A stretch of DNA of 64,000 nucleotides, from the NCBI RefSeq assembly GCF_009914755.1, contig NC_060936.1; one strand, written 5' to 3'. Shown one piece after another: positions 42,516-60,700 of this stretch (position 1 is the stretch's first letter; every line of letters starts with the position of its first letter). The stretch comes from the human T2T-CHM13v2.0 reference genome, Homo sapiens. The translations under genes and the position numbers were made by a program. The notes beneath the pieces are model-generated. The model did no database searches. It saw nothing but the letters and a program-made list of their open reading frames with translations, and was not told where the DNA came from.

Positions 42516-44112
42516 TTAGGAATTTGGAGGGGTTTTTTTTTTTTTTGTTTTTGTTTTTTTGGTTTGGTTTGGTTTGTTTTTTTAATCTGGGTTTCTGGCT
42601 TTTCTTAACATACAAAATATCTGGCAACGTGGCGGGGTGGGTGGGGGGGCACGTCTCAGCATGGCAACAGTGAGAGTTAGCGGACTAGCTGCTATTCCAT
42701 TTAGATGGGACTTAAATCTCACGTGTGTCACTGTCTCCAGTACCCCTGCTTCTACCTGGCCTCCAGAGGCACTTGAGTATGACTCCTCTTATCAAAGACA
42801 ATTCCTCCCTTAATAGGTGACTTTGACGTCTGCTGTTAACATGTCTGCTTTTTCTGTACTACATGGTCTTGTAAAGATGCATTGGAAATGTTCAAAAATG
42901 ATTGTTACCTAGACTTTTTTAAATATTTGACCATTTCTTTAGGATTAAAAATTCCATCATACCAATGTTTTAATTTTTATTTTAATAACCATAAAGTCTG
43001 CAGATGAATTGGAGAAATAAGAGGTAATATTGTGAAACATTTCTTTCTTTTTCTCTGAAAAAACAAATTCAGATATAGCCTGGCTCATAAAACTTAATTA
43101 CTCATTGGTGTTTGGCTAATGGATTTTTGCAATTCATCAGGCTAGAAAAAAGACCTCCTTCTTATGCACTGTATTTCTCAAAATAGAGTTATTTTTCATA
43201 TCCCTTATCTTGCAACCTTATACTATTCAGCTGCATTTATACAAATAGCTTTAAATGCCTTCTACTGCAGAATTTAATTCTGATTGATGGAAACCCAGAC
43301 ATAAACCTACAAAGAGTGTGCTGCTGTGGTAACAAGAAAAAGAGACAGATGTTTAAGAACGTACATATTCTGTTGAACTTTTTAACTTTACTGAAATAAT
43401 GGATGAACACCAATAAAATAGCCCCTGTGCAAGAATTTTGCTCTTGAATTTGGTGCATTTGGTAGGTGGGGGGGAGAGGCCAATTAATCAGAAACAGTAA
43501 CCTTTGAATTCATAAATACCTGATATATGTAAATTGTGAGGTGAATAAAATTGGTTTACTTAATCACCTTCTGTTCAGAAGTCTACGCCAAACCCTATTC
43601 AAAGCTCCATCAGTTTAGGAATTTCTTATCTGAAGGGTCTGTTTGCCCTCTCTCTCCCGAAAATTGTCTTCAATGGAGTGAACTTGATTAATGGGCTGTT
43701 TCATTTTTCAGGACAAAGCTAACATTTGCCTTTTCCCAGAAACACTAGCAAATTACTTGATTAATATCAAAAAGCTCTCATTCACACATAACCTTTGAAT
43801 AAACAAGTTGTGATACTGTTGGCAACATGCTAAGAGGTATTCCTGTAAGTAGGCTATAAAGGAAATTGCCTTTGTAATTAAATGTATAAAGAGGGAACCT
43901 GTTTTTGCTTGCTCAAATCTATTTTTTTTCTCTTGTAAGTGAAGAATGTATAATGAGGTTGGACCAAAGCAGAATGCAAAAATTCTTTGTCTATGCTAAG
44001 GTTTTATTTGCATTTCCCTCACCTCTGGAAGCCCAGGAAGAAAACTGTGAAACATTTATGAAACTTGAAACTTGAATGGAGTTTCTAATTCTTAATTTTA
44101 AGGCTTTCCAAC

Positions 44113-44435
44113 TTTTTCTTTTCTTTTCCTTTTTTTTTTTTTTTTTTTTTTTTTTTTGAGACAGAGTCTCGCTCTGTCACCCAGGCTGAAATGAAGTGGT
44201 GCGATCTTGGTTCACTGCAACCTTGGCCTCCTGGGTTCAAGCGATTCTCATGCCTCTGCCTCCTGAATAGCTGGGATTACAAATATGTGCCACTATGCCT
44301 AATTTTTGTATTTTTAATAGAGATGGAGTTTCGCCATGTTGGCCAGGCTGGTCTCAAACTCCTGGCCTCAAGTGATCTACCCGTCTCGGCCTCCCAAAGT
44401 GCTGGGATTATAGGCATGGGCCACCATGCCTGGTC
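44113..44435 (-). mobile_element. Full-length older Alu (Sz/Jb-like)
   Basis: Long T tail and complete dimer. Confidence 0.92.
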
Positions 44436-44827
44436 TCTAGCTTTCTCTTAAAGTTCGACAATAAGAGGTAGTCAATCCCATGTTGATTGAAAAATACCTA
44501 CACCTCCAAAAGACTTTCCTAATTATTAATTACCTGAAAACCAGAGCTGGAATATAAGATGTACTAATGTGACAAAAAAGAAAGGCCTTTGAATCAGAAA
44601 AGATTCTATACTAAAATGCAGGAAGGAGAAATGAACTAAAATATTATGCTCTGATCATATACCAAATACTATATAAAGGTCTTATTTCATGTAGAAAATT
44701 AAACTACCCTTTACTGCAAATTAATTGCCTATCTATGATTCATTTCTCCCCTGCAGATAACTGCTGAATCCCCACATATAATAGCACTTTGCCCAGATCC
44801 AGTCAATGGGCTGTCATTAGTCCAAGC

Positions 44828-45143
44828 CAGAGGCTGGCAAACTACGGGCTTGTAGGCTAAATCAGGCCCACCATTTATGAGCTAAGATTGGTTTGTACAT
44901 TGCTGAATGGTTGAAGAAAATCAAAAGAGGAATATTTCATAATACGTGAAAGTTATATTAAATTTCATTGTCCATAAAATGTATAAGAACACAGCCACAC
45001 TCAATCATTAATGTATTGACTATGGCTGTTTTTGTGCTACAATGGCAGGATTGGGTGATTACAACAGAGACTGGCCATATGGCCTGCAAAGCTTACAATA
45101 TTTAATATCTAGCCTGTTACCAAAAAAAGTTTGTCGACCCCTG
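44828..45143 (-). mobile_element. MER58B-like hAT MITE nested in an old MLT1-type LTR (~44740-45560)
   Basis: TIRs cagaggctggcaaact / agtttgtcgacccctg; 8-bp TSD gtc(c/t)aagc at 44820-44827 / 45144-45151. Confidence 0.8.
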
Positions 45144-46942
45144 GTCTAAGCCAATTGTGATACTCTTGTATCTTGCTTTTCCAGGCTCCAATCCAGCTGG
45201 CAGTGCCCATGTGACAATGAAACACAAGCAGAGGTCTGCCAGAAGGAATTCTGGAAAAGCTTGGCTTTCTTCATATAAGGCTGGCATCTTAACTCCCCTT
45301 CCGGCCTTGAATTTGAAAGTAAAATCTGGATGTCAGAACAGCCATCTTGCAACCATGGGGTGATGAATATAAAAGTAAAAGCCAGCACCAGGAGGGGTAA
45401 GTAACTTAGTCCCTGATAGGATTGTTGAGCAGCTGAACCAAGGCCAATACCTGCTTACTGCCAGACTTCCTCTCATGTGAGAAAAATTAACCCCTCTCTG
45501 TAAGACATTCTTCAGTGGGCATGCATTGAGTCACTTACAGGCTAATGTCTTCCTTACTGACCTTACCTCCTCTTTCTTTCCTTTAGGCACAACCTATTTG
45601 GTCTTAATTTTTATAGAGAGAGTTGTGGGGGCCAGAGGACCCATCCTGATATTCTTTCACTACACAGTGATCAGGTAGCTATCTAATATCTCCACAGTCA
45701 AAGCCACACTTGAGTTTGCTTATCAGTAAAAAAAAACCTAGTATCCCCAGCAGCATTATTTTGATGTTTGGGGGAATGGCTATGAGACCAGTCTATTTCT
45801 CTTTGTTACTATAAATAGCTCATGGCAGAAAGACATCTACATTGTTCCTCCCACATCCTCTCCACTCAAGTTAGATGTCCCATCCTCTGTTCTCCCATAA
45901 TGTTTAGGTCATGATGCTATCACACTCATTACACTATATTTTAGGTATTATGTTAGATTATGCACTCAACTGTGGATGCCTTACAGACATCAACCATGTC
46001 TTACTCACCTCTGTCACTAGCATCTAGCACAGTGCCACAGATATTATAGATGGTGAAGGAAAGAAGGCAGCACAGTTGTCATGTAAAAGAATACAACGTG
46101 GAACACAACAAATATATTTGTTAATTTATCCAACATTTATTGAGTGCTTAGTATATGCCTTTTTCTAGGTGATGATGGGGATAAAGTGATGAATAAAACC
46201 CGTATCATAATAAAAGCAAGCATTTATTGAATACTTCATAAGTTCTAAGATAGAATTCTAAGCACTTTATATATATCGCCTTAATTAATCTTCGCAGTAC
46301 TCTGTCATTCCCATTTCAGAGATGAAAAACCTGATGCACAGAGAAGTTAAGTAACTTGCCCAAGATTACACAGCTAAAAGTGATAACGTTGGATCTCTAT
46401 CCATATTCAAATGTGTAATTCCAGGATATTTACCATCATACTTTCAAGCTGCTTCTCTGATGCATTAGGTGCAGGGAATACAATATGAAGAAAACAATTG
46501 CCCTCCATTATGGGATTCCAAAGCAGAATAAGTAAGACACAGTTTGCATATTGGAGGAGAGCACAAGTCTAGGGTCAGTCCACTGGGCTTCAGTTTCTGG
46601 CTGCAGCAGATACTGTGTACTTCTCAGTATGTTACATAACCCTTCTGTGTCTCAGTTTCCTTATAAATGAATTGGAATTATAATATCTAACTCAGAGTGG
46701 TTATAAGGATTGCATGCATTAAATATGTAAAGTACTTAAAACAATGCCTAGAATATTTTAAGTTTAAACCAAGGGTTGAGTATTATTATTACTATTGTTG
46801 TGGATGGTTTTATAATTATTATAGTACATAATAATAACAATAGCTATTACCGTTATCCTTATATGTACGGGACAAGTAGTCAGATCATAAATGGTTTAAC
46901 AAAAATTATATAATGACAAACAGTGATTGAATGTTAAACAGG

Positions 46943-47740
46943 TGTATTAGTCAGGGTTCTCCAGAGAAACAACCAATAGGATTTGTGTGTAGGTGTTTTT
47001 GTATGCGTTTGTGTGTGTGTATGTATGTATTTTTAGTGTGTGTGTATGTGTGTGTGTATTTGTTATAAGGAATTGGCAATTATAGAGGCTGAGAAATCTC
47101 AAGAGGTCTGCAGTTGGCAAACTGGAGACCCAAGAGAGCCAATGGTATAGTTCCAGTCTGACACAGTAGCTCCCTTGTTTGTCTGTTGATTCAGAGGCAT
47201 GAGAAGACTAAAGTGGCCGGATGGCCATCTTAGCTTCCAGTAATGGAATCATTGTTGTGTCTCTTGATGGAAGCATTCCTCCCTTTGTACCTAGGCCAGC
47301 AGAGCATAAGGCCACGGGAACAGGAAGCAAAAATTTTGCTAGTGGGTTATTAGGAGTAATAATGAATGCTACAACTCTGATTTCCAACCCTGGATTTCTG
47401 GACCTGTAAATCTTGGCTATAGATAAACATCACCATATATTGTATTGGATTCTGATTCTGCACATATATAGCCTTCAGGAGAACCTTGCCCCAGCCCTGC
47501 AAGGTATTGCCGCCAAGCTGTCACTGTAACTGAGTCTTCAAAAGTCTATTCCACCATTCTATCAAGCTAGCTGCTTCATGTTGGTGGGAGACATGGTAAG
47601 ACCAGTGAATTCTATGAGCATAGACCCATTGCCACACTTATTTCGCTATGAAGTGAGTTCCTTGATCCGAGCCATGCTGTGTGGAATACCGTGACAGCAG
47701 ACGAGGCATTCTGTAAGTCTATGGGTAGTAGTTTCAGCAG
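46943..47740 (-). mobile_element. MLT2 LTR fragment (46943-~47160) fused to an ERVL internal fragment (~47160-47740)
   Basis: tgtattagtcagggttctccagagaaac, internal (TG)n typical of MLT2, then ERVL pol-end-like sequence (minus strand ...NPLAKFLLPVP...MIPLLEAKMA). Confidence 0.75.
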
Positions 47741-48393
47741 TTTTCTCTATGAATTCAAGATGGTCTTTGATACTGAGTCATCAACTGCTTAGCCATGTCT
47801 ATTGTGCGCATGTTAAAGTTATTGCTTATATAAAAAAGACTTTTACTTTATGACTACATTCTTGATCCTCTGACTTCGTGGATTTTAAAAAGTTTTATAT
47901 TGTGTTGTGTTAACGTTTGCTGCCATGAAGAAGCAACGTGATGATGAAAACACAGGGATAAAACTATCACCACCACGGGGGAATATGTGTGATTAAACAG
48001 GGAGAGCAGTCTTATCTTGAGCAGCTTTTCAATGGACAGAAAGCAGGAGTTTGAGACCTGGAACCAGGAGAGAAATGGGCCTTGAAGGAGGAAGAGGCGA
48101 AGACTCCAGTGGTGTGTGCCTCAGACTAGGCCTGGGCAAACTGGGAGGACTCAAGCTCAGAGAAACAACCTTACTAGGCCATTAAGTATAAGCACTGGAG
48201 GTGAAATCAAAAGTGAGGTAAAAGGGCCCTGAATCAGAACCTGGATCCAGCCATGCAGTGATTAAAAATGCCAGGGCAAATGAAGGTAGTGCAAGCAACT
48301 GCTGTAAAAGTACCCAGAGCACCCTGGGTTCCTCCTGTGGGCCACAGCCTTTACCTTTCCGAAAACTCAGTGGCCTATGTTGCTTTTAAAGTA

Positions 48394-48699
48394 AACACCG
48401 CATATTCTCACTCATAGGTGGAAATTGAACAATGAGAACACATGGACACAGGAAGGGGAACATCACACTCTGGGGACTGTTGTGGGGTGGGGGGAGGGGG
48501 GAGGGATAGCATTGGGAGATATACCTAATGCTAGATGACGAGTTAGTGGGTGCAGCGCACCAGCATGGCACATGTATACGTATGTAACTAACCTGCACAT
48601 TGTGCACATGTACCCTAAAACTTAAAGTATTATAATAATAATAATAAAAACAAAACAAAAAAACAAACAAAAAAACAAAACAAAAAAAAACAAAAAAAT
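48394..48699 (+). mobile_element. 5'-truncated young L1PA (L1PA2/3-like) 3' end
   Basis: Near-consensus 3'UTR with gatgacGAGttagtgg, G-rich tract, long patterned A tail; aaagtaaa at 48388-48395 / 48700-48707. Confidence 0.92.
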
Positions 48700-49088
48700 A
48701 AAGTAAAGAGTAAAATGTAGGGTGTAGAGGATAAGTAGCATCATCTGATATTCAAAACACCAGTTTTTATAACCCTAAATTTTTTCAGGTTGATTGTGCT
48801 TTCTTCATTTCTCTATAGAACTATTCATTTGTTAATCCCTTGCTCATTTCTTAAGGAATGGAGGAGATTTAAAATGCCCTATGTAATAAAAATAAGTTAT
48901 GCAATGGGAATAGAAGTGGAGAATTATAAAAAAGAAAATATGAATATAAACGGGATATTGAGACAAAGTATATGGAAGACAGGGGACAAAGTTTTTGTTT
49001 AATTCTTCCATGTTAAGTGAAAAGCCTCAATTAAAATATAACAGCAGCCCATCTTACAGTATATTACTGTGTAATAAAGTCAAAATGA

Positions 49089-49478
<390 letters not shown>

Positions 49479-50976
49479 TGCATTACCCTTTTCAAACCAA
49501 TTAGGAGTCCTTCGTCTCATCTTCCTCTCACATAAAACAACGCATCATTGCTTAGTGCAAAGAACCAAAGCTAAGTATCAGCAGTCTCTAGGTCTTCCTC
49601 CAGCCCTTGACCTTGGAAAACAGATCTTCAGTTTTTTCCTGTTAAGTGTAGATAATGTGGAAATTAAACATATAATATATCTGGTGCACTTAGCAGAACT
49701 CCATGGCATTTGAAAATATTCTATAATGGTAGTTGTTTAAAAATAACAAGTTGAAGTAAGTGATCTTTAAGGTCTCATGTAGTCCAGAAATTCATGTTCT
49801 TTGAAATGACTCATTTTTCATGTGAAGTTTCAATAAGCGTTACTCTTTTATCAGAGTTTGCTAGAAGAATGTATCTCTGAATCACATAACTGATTGTATA
49901 TTTGGCAAAACCACTAGGGAACCCAAGTAAAAGAAATGCAAATCGACAGCAAATCTGACTGTAAAATTTTGTAAATCCTTATAAAAGAATGAATTACCGA
50001 TGAAAAGCTTTGCCTTGGTTTCATATGAAACTTAGACTGAGACAAACACTTAAACCAAAATAGTACAATGTAAAGGAAAAGTACATAAGCTCTCTCTAGC
50101 TCTCTCCCCCCTCATTCTGTTTTGCAGAACACAATAATAATTCTAATAAGAAATGAGTTGGAAAGTTACATTGGATCACAAGAGAATACATACAAGAGAG
50201 TATGAAAAAGATGACTTTTCAAATGAGTCTCTTTGAAGTTTATAGGAAGAAAGGCAGAAAACTTTTTCTAGGGGAAATGTTGTTCTTGTGGAGGTGGTTG
50301 GGGAGTACTGTTTCTGTGTGGGTGGAGTCTGTCATGGAGGATCCTGATAGCTTCTTGGCTGCTGCCAAAGGGTAGAAGAATTGGGGATGGGGTAGAGGCA
50401 GGAATCACCTTTTACTGATGGCCTAGTAAGTAATCAAAACTATGGCAGAAACTTCGCTATGTTTTCTCACTTAATCCTTAATGTCCTGATAGGCAATTCC
50501 ATTCTTTCAAATTTAGCAGATGGAAACCAAGATTACAAGAATTGCAAGAATTGCATAACTGCCCAGGATTCAACTGTTTATAGATAAGCAGATATATGGT
50601 GATTAGAAAATGAGTTTATCTGACTATCACTTATGCTTCCTGCCAGGCTCAGAGAGCTTTTGTCTTGTGTTGCCAGTTGCATACCTACTTCAGCCAGGCT
50701 TAGCTGATATGTATCACAACCACGGTAGCTGCCATCATCGTGATTGGGATACAAGGCTTTTAGCTGACCTTGCAGAGGGAGGAGTGTACATCTGTTCTTT
50801 TATCTCTTTGCAGAGGGTTTGGGGAAGGGAGTGCCAAGGTGGGAAACAATATGGTGAAAATAGCCTGAGGCAGGGCAGAAGAATGCCTGCAGATGGCATC
50901 TTGTCACTCCTTTCTCAACTTTCCTGAAGAGAAGGAAGAGGTTACTGACAATAACAATGTAAAAATATCTTGTACA

Positions 50977-51900
<924 letters not shown>

Positions 51901-54081
51901 TACCTTGTACACAAACATTATTTTTATAATTTATAGAGAACCTCTATGTATATTTTATATATATAAACATATTATTCTAGTAATCTTCATGGCCATAATT
52001 TGTGGTTTTGAAAAGGATACTAAAATGCAGGGACCTAAAGTACTAGCCAGTGGCAGACACATTCACAAACCCAGATCTCCTAACTACTTTGCATTATAAT
52101 CCCAGCATTCTCTAAAAGATGTCTGTTGGTTTTCATGTAACTTTCCAGCTTCACAGGGGAATTGCAAAGCTTACTTCCTATTTGAAATTAAGATCCTTGC
52201 TCTCTCAGAAGAAAGCTTCTAAATACAAAACATAATGGCATAGTAATGAGCTTTCCTGACTAAATCAACCATCTCTCATACCCTCAAATATTACCCTCCC
52301 TTTGCTTCCCGCAGTGTCCAAAGTAAGTTCAACCCAAACAGTAGGAGGTTGCAGGGCATAGAAATTGGAAGTTGAAAGAGGTTGAATAACATATAAGAAT
52401 GAGCCCTTATGAATATTGAAATCTTGGTTTAGAAAAACTACCTTTTTGGAAGAGCCCCCTGGGTGAAGAGAAGTGACCCTGTTACTTAGAGACAGATCGG
52501 GAACTATGAACAATCTCTTTTTTTAGTTTCTTGTCTTTCAAAATGCATGATCCTAGTAAAACCATTCTTAGCCAATTGAATATCCATTGAACAAAAGACA
52601 TAGATGGCATTCTGAGTAGGTAGGAGATTCTGAGAATTTTTTTAGATACGGCTTCTCTGTTTCTTGCTTATTACATTTGATCACTGATATCTTGAGATTA
52701 GTGCGAGGTTGTCATTGCAGGTGGAATTAATATGTACCAAAAGTTTGATGTAAGAAATAATTTCTGTGCACCTTGTATTGGCTGACAACAGATGAGAAAC
52801 AGTGCTGTGCAAATATAATAAGAAAACCTCTTTTGGGACTCCTGCAGAATCATGTGGCAAAGCATGGGATTTGGGTACAATGATTTATTCACCTTTATTT
52901 CTTTATTGAAGAACATCAAGAGCTAAGAAAATGGAAGACCAACTCAGTTCATCACAGATACTCAAAACTGTAGAAGTAGAGAAAAGAAAACACTTATGGC
53001 AATGATTCTGAACTAATACTGAAACTGAAACATTACTTGATCTCAAATTACTTCTTTTAAGTCAACTTGGGAAATGACATAACCATATTTAATTCCTCTG
53101 AGAAGAATTGTACAGTTCCAACCATCTGCTAAATTAAGCAGCAGTGATTATAATGAACATTTACAACAGACCTGATACAAAAGGGGATAATAACTTTATA
53201 CATAAAAGAAAGTCCTAGGAAGCTGTTGCAAACTCCAAGCTGAAGCTCAAAATTAGGAGAACAGATTTTTCAGTGAACTCAAACTGTAATGATAGTGAAG
53301 GTCAAAGTGTAATAGCACATTTCTTTAAATTATGTGTTTATTTATTTTAGGAAAACAACCACCAAATATGATCAAACTGATAGTTGTCCAGATTCTTTCT
53401 TTTGCATGTCTCACCAGAACTCTGGTTGTCTTTATCTTTTCTTTTTTCTCGTGATAATGTAAATTTTGTTTCTGATTTATTTCCCCCTCTCTGTACAGGT
53501 GAAAGAATCCTCAGCATAACCTCTAACGGATAGAACAAGACCCAACAAATTACAATAGCTAGTCTCCTGATTACCAGTAACCTTGAGAGATAATTATTAG
53601 TCTAGTGGTTTCTTCTTTGATCTTGAAAAAGTGTTCCATATTTCCACAGTTTTCTGAGAGTGTTTATATATGTGCACAGGTCCACATACTTTTTCCCCAG
53701 ACTGCAGGTAAAATGATATCAATAATAATAATAAAGTGTTTGGCCTTAGAGGTCCTAGAATGTTGTCTCTGTCCATTCTTCAACCAGGAAACATATTTTC
53801 AACGCATAGCGTTATATTATTAAATACTAGCAGAGACTCATCATCAAAAAAGGAAAGAAATTTGTGTTTATGTGTAGCCTCAAATTCACAGAATATAAAA
53901 TGACTTAGAAGTTTCTTTTTCCTCCAAATGCCAACAAGGCTAATATTCTAGTGGCACTAAGGCATCTGAGAGAGAACTAATTTATGTTTTAGATTTTCAA
54001 AGACATAGTTCTGATTATATTGCTGCCCTACTGAAAGAATATGAAAGCCTGATAACAGGGTGACCTCCCTGTCCTTCCTTA

Positions 54082-55678
<1,597 letters not shown>

Positions 55679-57822
55679 AAAATATATTATTTATAAGATT
55701 CTTCTTAATAGCCGCACTCATGAAATGCCTTAACTGCATCTTACAGTCTATAGAATTAAGAGGTCTAGAAATTTATTAAAAGTCATAATTATTATAATTG
55801 TATGTAGAGATGTGATTGGGAGGGCAAATTCCAGTGAAAACCCAAATAGTGTTTACTAATCTAGCAATATGTTTGCCTGTTAATTTACCATATTAAAATG
55901 TTTAAGATTACATAATGCAAAGAATATTCAGATGAGAATTCCTAGTGAGTTAAATAAATACATATCTCCTAAAAGTCATTCTTTCCTGTTATATCACTAA
56001 CTGTACCTGGTGGAATCAAAGTGGAGGTTTAATAATAATTTTTTTCTCTTCCTGGTATTAGCATATATACTTATGCCATTTTGAAGGGATATTGGGATGG
56101 TTCATTTCAAATAATATTGAACTTTGTAGACCCAAAGACCACGAGAAAGTATTTGCCTATCACCCACCCATTCATCCACTAAACATTTGTTTTTTCAACA
56201 AATATTTCTTAAATACTACCATGTTCCAGGAACATAGTGGCCAAGAAAGATATGGTTTCTTTCTTCATGTGGCTTCTATTCAAAGTAGACCAGACAGAAT
56301 ATTGAAAAGAATGGTTGAGAAGGTACTTTTGACAAATGCCATGTCCAGCTCAGCAAAGTGGCAAAGGTTTCACTAGGGTATGGCTTCTCATGATGCAGTA
56401 CCCTGCACACAGAACCTCATAGCCTCTCTAAACGTCTTTACACTCTGGCTGGGACTGGCAGCAGAAGTCTTTAGACCCTGGGTACCACATGGGATGGTCC
56501 AATGTTCATCTTTGTGGTAGCCTGTGAGGGCGAACACCAGAACTTAGACGATGGGGCAGCAGTGGCAAAAAGAGGAAAGTGGTGAAAATAGTTGTATGCC
56601 AAAGCTACACAAGTGGTCATTATTTTTTCTGGCAGGCATACTATTCCTCACATGATGAATGTTAAAGTGAATGCAATTATATTTATTTGAATGACAGGTG
56701 ATAGGGATTGTTACTTTCACTTTCAGTAAGGCTATACAAAGAAAAGGTGAATGCACATCAGCTGGAGAGGACGAAATAGGTCTAATACTGATCCTGGCCC
56801 TCCCTTACTTCTCTAGAAGCAGTGCACCTCTTTCCCGGGGAAATTGCAAGGAACTGTGTGTAGGGCCCACCGGCTTTTATTCCTTCCCTGGTTTGGGGAT
56901 TCTCTCTCTCCCTCTCCTGCCCCGTGGTTGCAAATGCGGGTCTGGAAGACAGCAATGAATCTGCAAGTAAACAGGTATTTACAATCTACTTCAATGTTCA
57001 TATACTAAATGTTTTCTTTCTGCCTCAGGTTTTCCAATAGTTGTTCTGTAGTGAATTAGCTCTTCAATTTTGAGGCAATATTTGCACTGTCTTGAAGAAA
57101 GAACCAGGTTCTAGCTGAGCATATCTTCTGGAAATGAATGCATTCAATGACTTATTTATGGAAACTCTTGGGGATATAACTGCTGCCTTGACAGTAAGTG
57201 AATTATCTTGAGTGGATTTTAGGCTCTAGGATATTGGCTCCAAGGAATGTCTGAGAAGGGCAAGCAAAGCAATATGTTTCATAACAGTACTGGAGTAAGA
57301 GTAAAAGATGTGAGGGAGTTCGTAGGTTTAAAAAACTGCCTCTTCAAACTGCTTATATTTTTATTATTTTTGCCAGCTCTATATACAAAAACGATATTCT
57401 GACCATGAAATAGTTAACAGAAAAACTAAACAACTAGCTGAAATGTGGGAGTTCAGTCAGTTCAGTGATTTAGGATCAGGGAGAGTAAATAACCCATTTT
57501 ACTACAATCGATATTCAGGGGAAGAGATATTTCTGGATGTGTTTATTCAGCTCTGTGCATACACATAGCATAAACAAGTATTTCCTTAAGACACAGATTA
57601 TTTGCAGCAACTGCTAAGGTACAGACACGGTTGAAGACAGATGTTTTTATTAAAACCCATAGATTGTTTGCAAAGCTTGATCTCTTTTTACCTTAAATCT
57701 GCCCTTATTTGAAGATCTAATACACCTCAAATTTGTGCATTTTAGATGAAACCAATAGTATACACCTCTGATTTCTAGCTTTGCCACCTCACACAGAATT
57801 GTGAAAATATTTTATTTATCTA

Positions 57823-58194
<372 letters not shown>

Positions 58195-58689
58195 AAGAGT
58201 TACTCTTCTTTATTTCTGTGAATCTGCCCCTACCTACTCTGTGATAAACTGCCACTTTCTCACAAGGACTTGTAAATGTAGAGCTCCCAACTGAGACTGG
58301 ACATTCCGCCATTCTGGTCTCTTCTCTGATTGTCACAGCGATGCCTCCTGCCCCTCAAAAGTCCAATGTTTGATTCCAGATCTTATTGATCCTGCTTGTG
58401 GCTCATACAATTGTGTGTCCAGCCCAGTTCCATTCTGCACCAACTCTGACACCAGATGTGGAAAGTTGAATTAGCGCCAACCAAGCCACATGGACTTATA
58501 TGTGCCTCAAGGCCTTGCTGCTTTATGTCCTCAGTATCTTACAGATCTGTGGTAATATGACTTTTGTTTTATTTTTTACAATTTCATGAATCTTGCCCTC
58601 GATTTTCACAGGTCTATAGGGAACTGGGAGCTTGGCTGGCTACCTAGTACTACTCACATACTTCTCTGATACTTTCATTTTCTGGTGAC

Positions 58690-60700
58690 TATTTATTGAA
58701 CCCTGTGTGCTAGGCGTTGTGCTGGGTGCTGGAAATAGAGTTTCAGACAAGACAGATGCAGTTTCTACCCTAAGAGACTCAGAGTCTAATGGGCATGATA
58801 GATGCAAATAAGTAAATCAATCAATCAATTATTATTTGAAGATGTATGTAAAAAAATAATCTGGAGTGTAAGGGTTGCTACAAAATGGGTAGTAAAGATG
58901 GCTATGAGAAGGTGTAATGAAGGAAAATTGAATGGCCTGAGAGGGTGAGGAAATGATTCCTGAGGAAGTAACATGTAGTCTGAGATCTGAGAGATGAGAA
59001 TGAATTAAATAAGTAAATGGCTGTGCGAAAAACTGGAGAAAAAGCAACAGTTTTGAAGTAATAAAATGTTTTATTTCAGCTAAAATCTTAAACCCGTATC
59101 TCTCTCCCTGCCTGTCTTCTCTTCTTTCCAGATAAGTACAGTTGGAATATATCATTCCTATGCAATGACACAGTATCTATTGAAGCTCAAAATGTTCAAT
59201 TCCTATGATCTTGCAATTTGTTTTCTAGGTATTCATTTTAAAGAAACTCTCACACATGTGCACAGGAGACATTTTCAAGCAACTTAATCGCAGCATGTTC
59301 ATTGCAATGAAAAAGTGGGACAAATTAATAACCCTCAGTGGAGGGATGAATAAAGAAATCCTGCTTTGGCCAGACAGTGGAATACTATTCATCAGTTGAA
59401 AAAAATGCCTTGGAGCTTATGCATTAATGAGGATAGCATTAAAAAATAAAATGTTTAGTTAAAAAAGGCTAGTTCCAAAGGAATATGTAGTATATATTTT
59501 ATGGATGTAAATTTTTAAAACATAAATAAAACATTATCTATTGTTTGTGGAAGCAAATCCATGTAGTAAAAATAAAAAAACATTGAAGACTTCCAGCAGG
59601 GAAGTATGTAGTAGAAACTGCCTTTTAAAAGCACAATCTAGCTACAGTATTGATAATGCATTCACAAGGTAGCTAGTTAGGAAGCTATTATTGTAGAATA
59701 GTTGAACAATGACCATAAATTTGATTAGAGAGAAAAATATACAGATTCTAGAGTGATTTAAAAGTTAGAGTTTTTATGGCTATGAGGGCATGAGGGATGG
59801 AAAGGAGTCAAGTGATTTTCAAGTTTCTGGCTTGAGTAATTTGTTCATTTGTGCTTCTGTTTATGGTTTTAAGGAACAAAGATGATGTGACAGGGTTGGG
59901 GATGGGTGGAGGTAATAAATCCAGTTGTTGAAAAATTAATTTGGATAACTTTCTCTAACTGGGGAAGTCAAGGGTATATGGGAAAGGGTTGAAAGTCAAT
60001 AGAGAATTCTGAAATGGAAATAAAGTTTGAAAATCATTAGCATGTACTGGAAGATAACTAGTAAGAGTAGAGAAGATTGATTAAACTGAGTATAAAGGGT
60101 GAGAAGAGATGGCCTCGGTCTGAGCCCTGAGGTATCTCGTTTGAGTAGTTTGGAAAGAAAGGACAAAAATGGGCAGGAGCTGGGGACTAGGGACTGAGGG
60201 AGAAAGGAATAATTATTATTATTTTGTGTGTTTGTTTCTTTAATATGAGGCAAATTTGAACATGTATAAATACTGCTGGGAGGGATTTAGTAGAGAGAGG
60301 CTGAAATATGGGGAAAAAAGAAGATAACCAATGTTACCTTCCCCAAAGAAGGTGGAATTCAATGCATTCAACAATGACATATTATTGAATTAATTGATAA
60401 ATGAATTTGACAAAGGTGCCATTTCTCTAGAAACAGCAGTAAAGGGGTAAAGGATGGCTGTGGATAATAATAGGTTTACTGATTTTGGTAGTGGGAGGTT
60501 GAGGATTTTCATATCTGATTGCTTCTATTACTACTTTGAGATAGGAAGTAAAGCCATCTGTGGAGGGAAAGGGAAAGGGAAAGAGAAAGGGGAATAATTT
60601 AAAAGTTGTAGGAGAGCAGAGTTTGCAGTTGTTGTGTAGGATTGGAATGAATGTTGGATTGGGAAACAACACAGGATTTCTGTCATTGGCTCAGCTTCAA
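58690..60700 (-). mobile_element. Degenerate LINE-2, apparently interrupted by an old L1ME 3' fragment (~59140-59590)
   Basis: tatttattga...tgtgctaggc..gtgctgggtgctgg and later purine-rich L2 motifs. Approximate. Confidence 0.55.
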
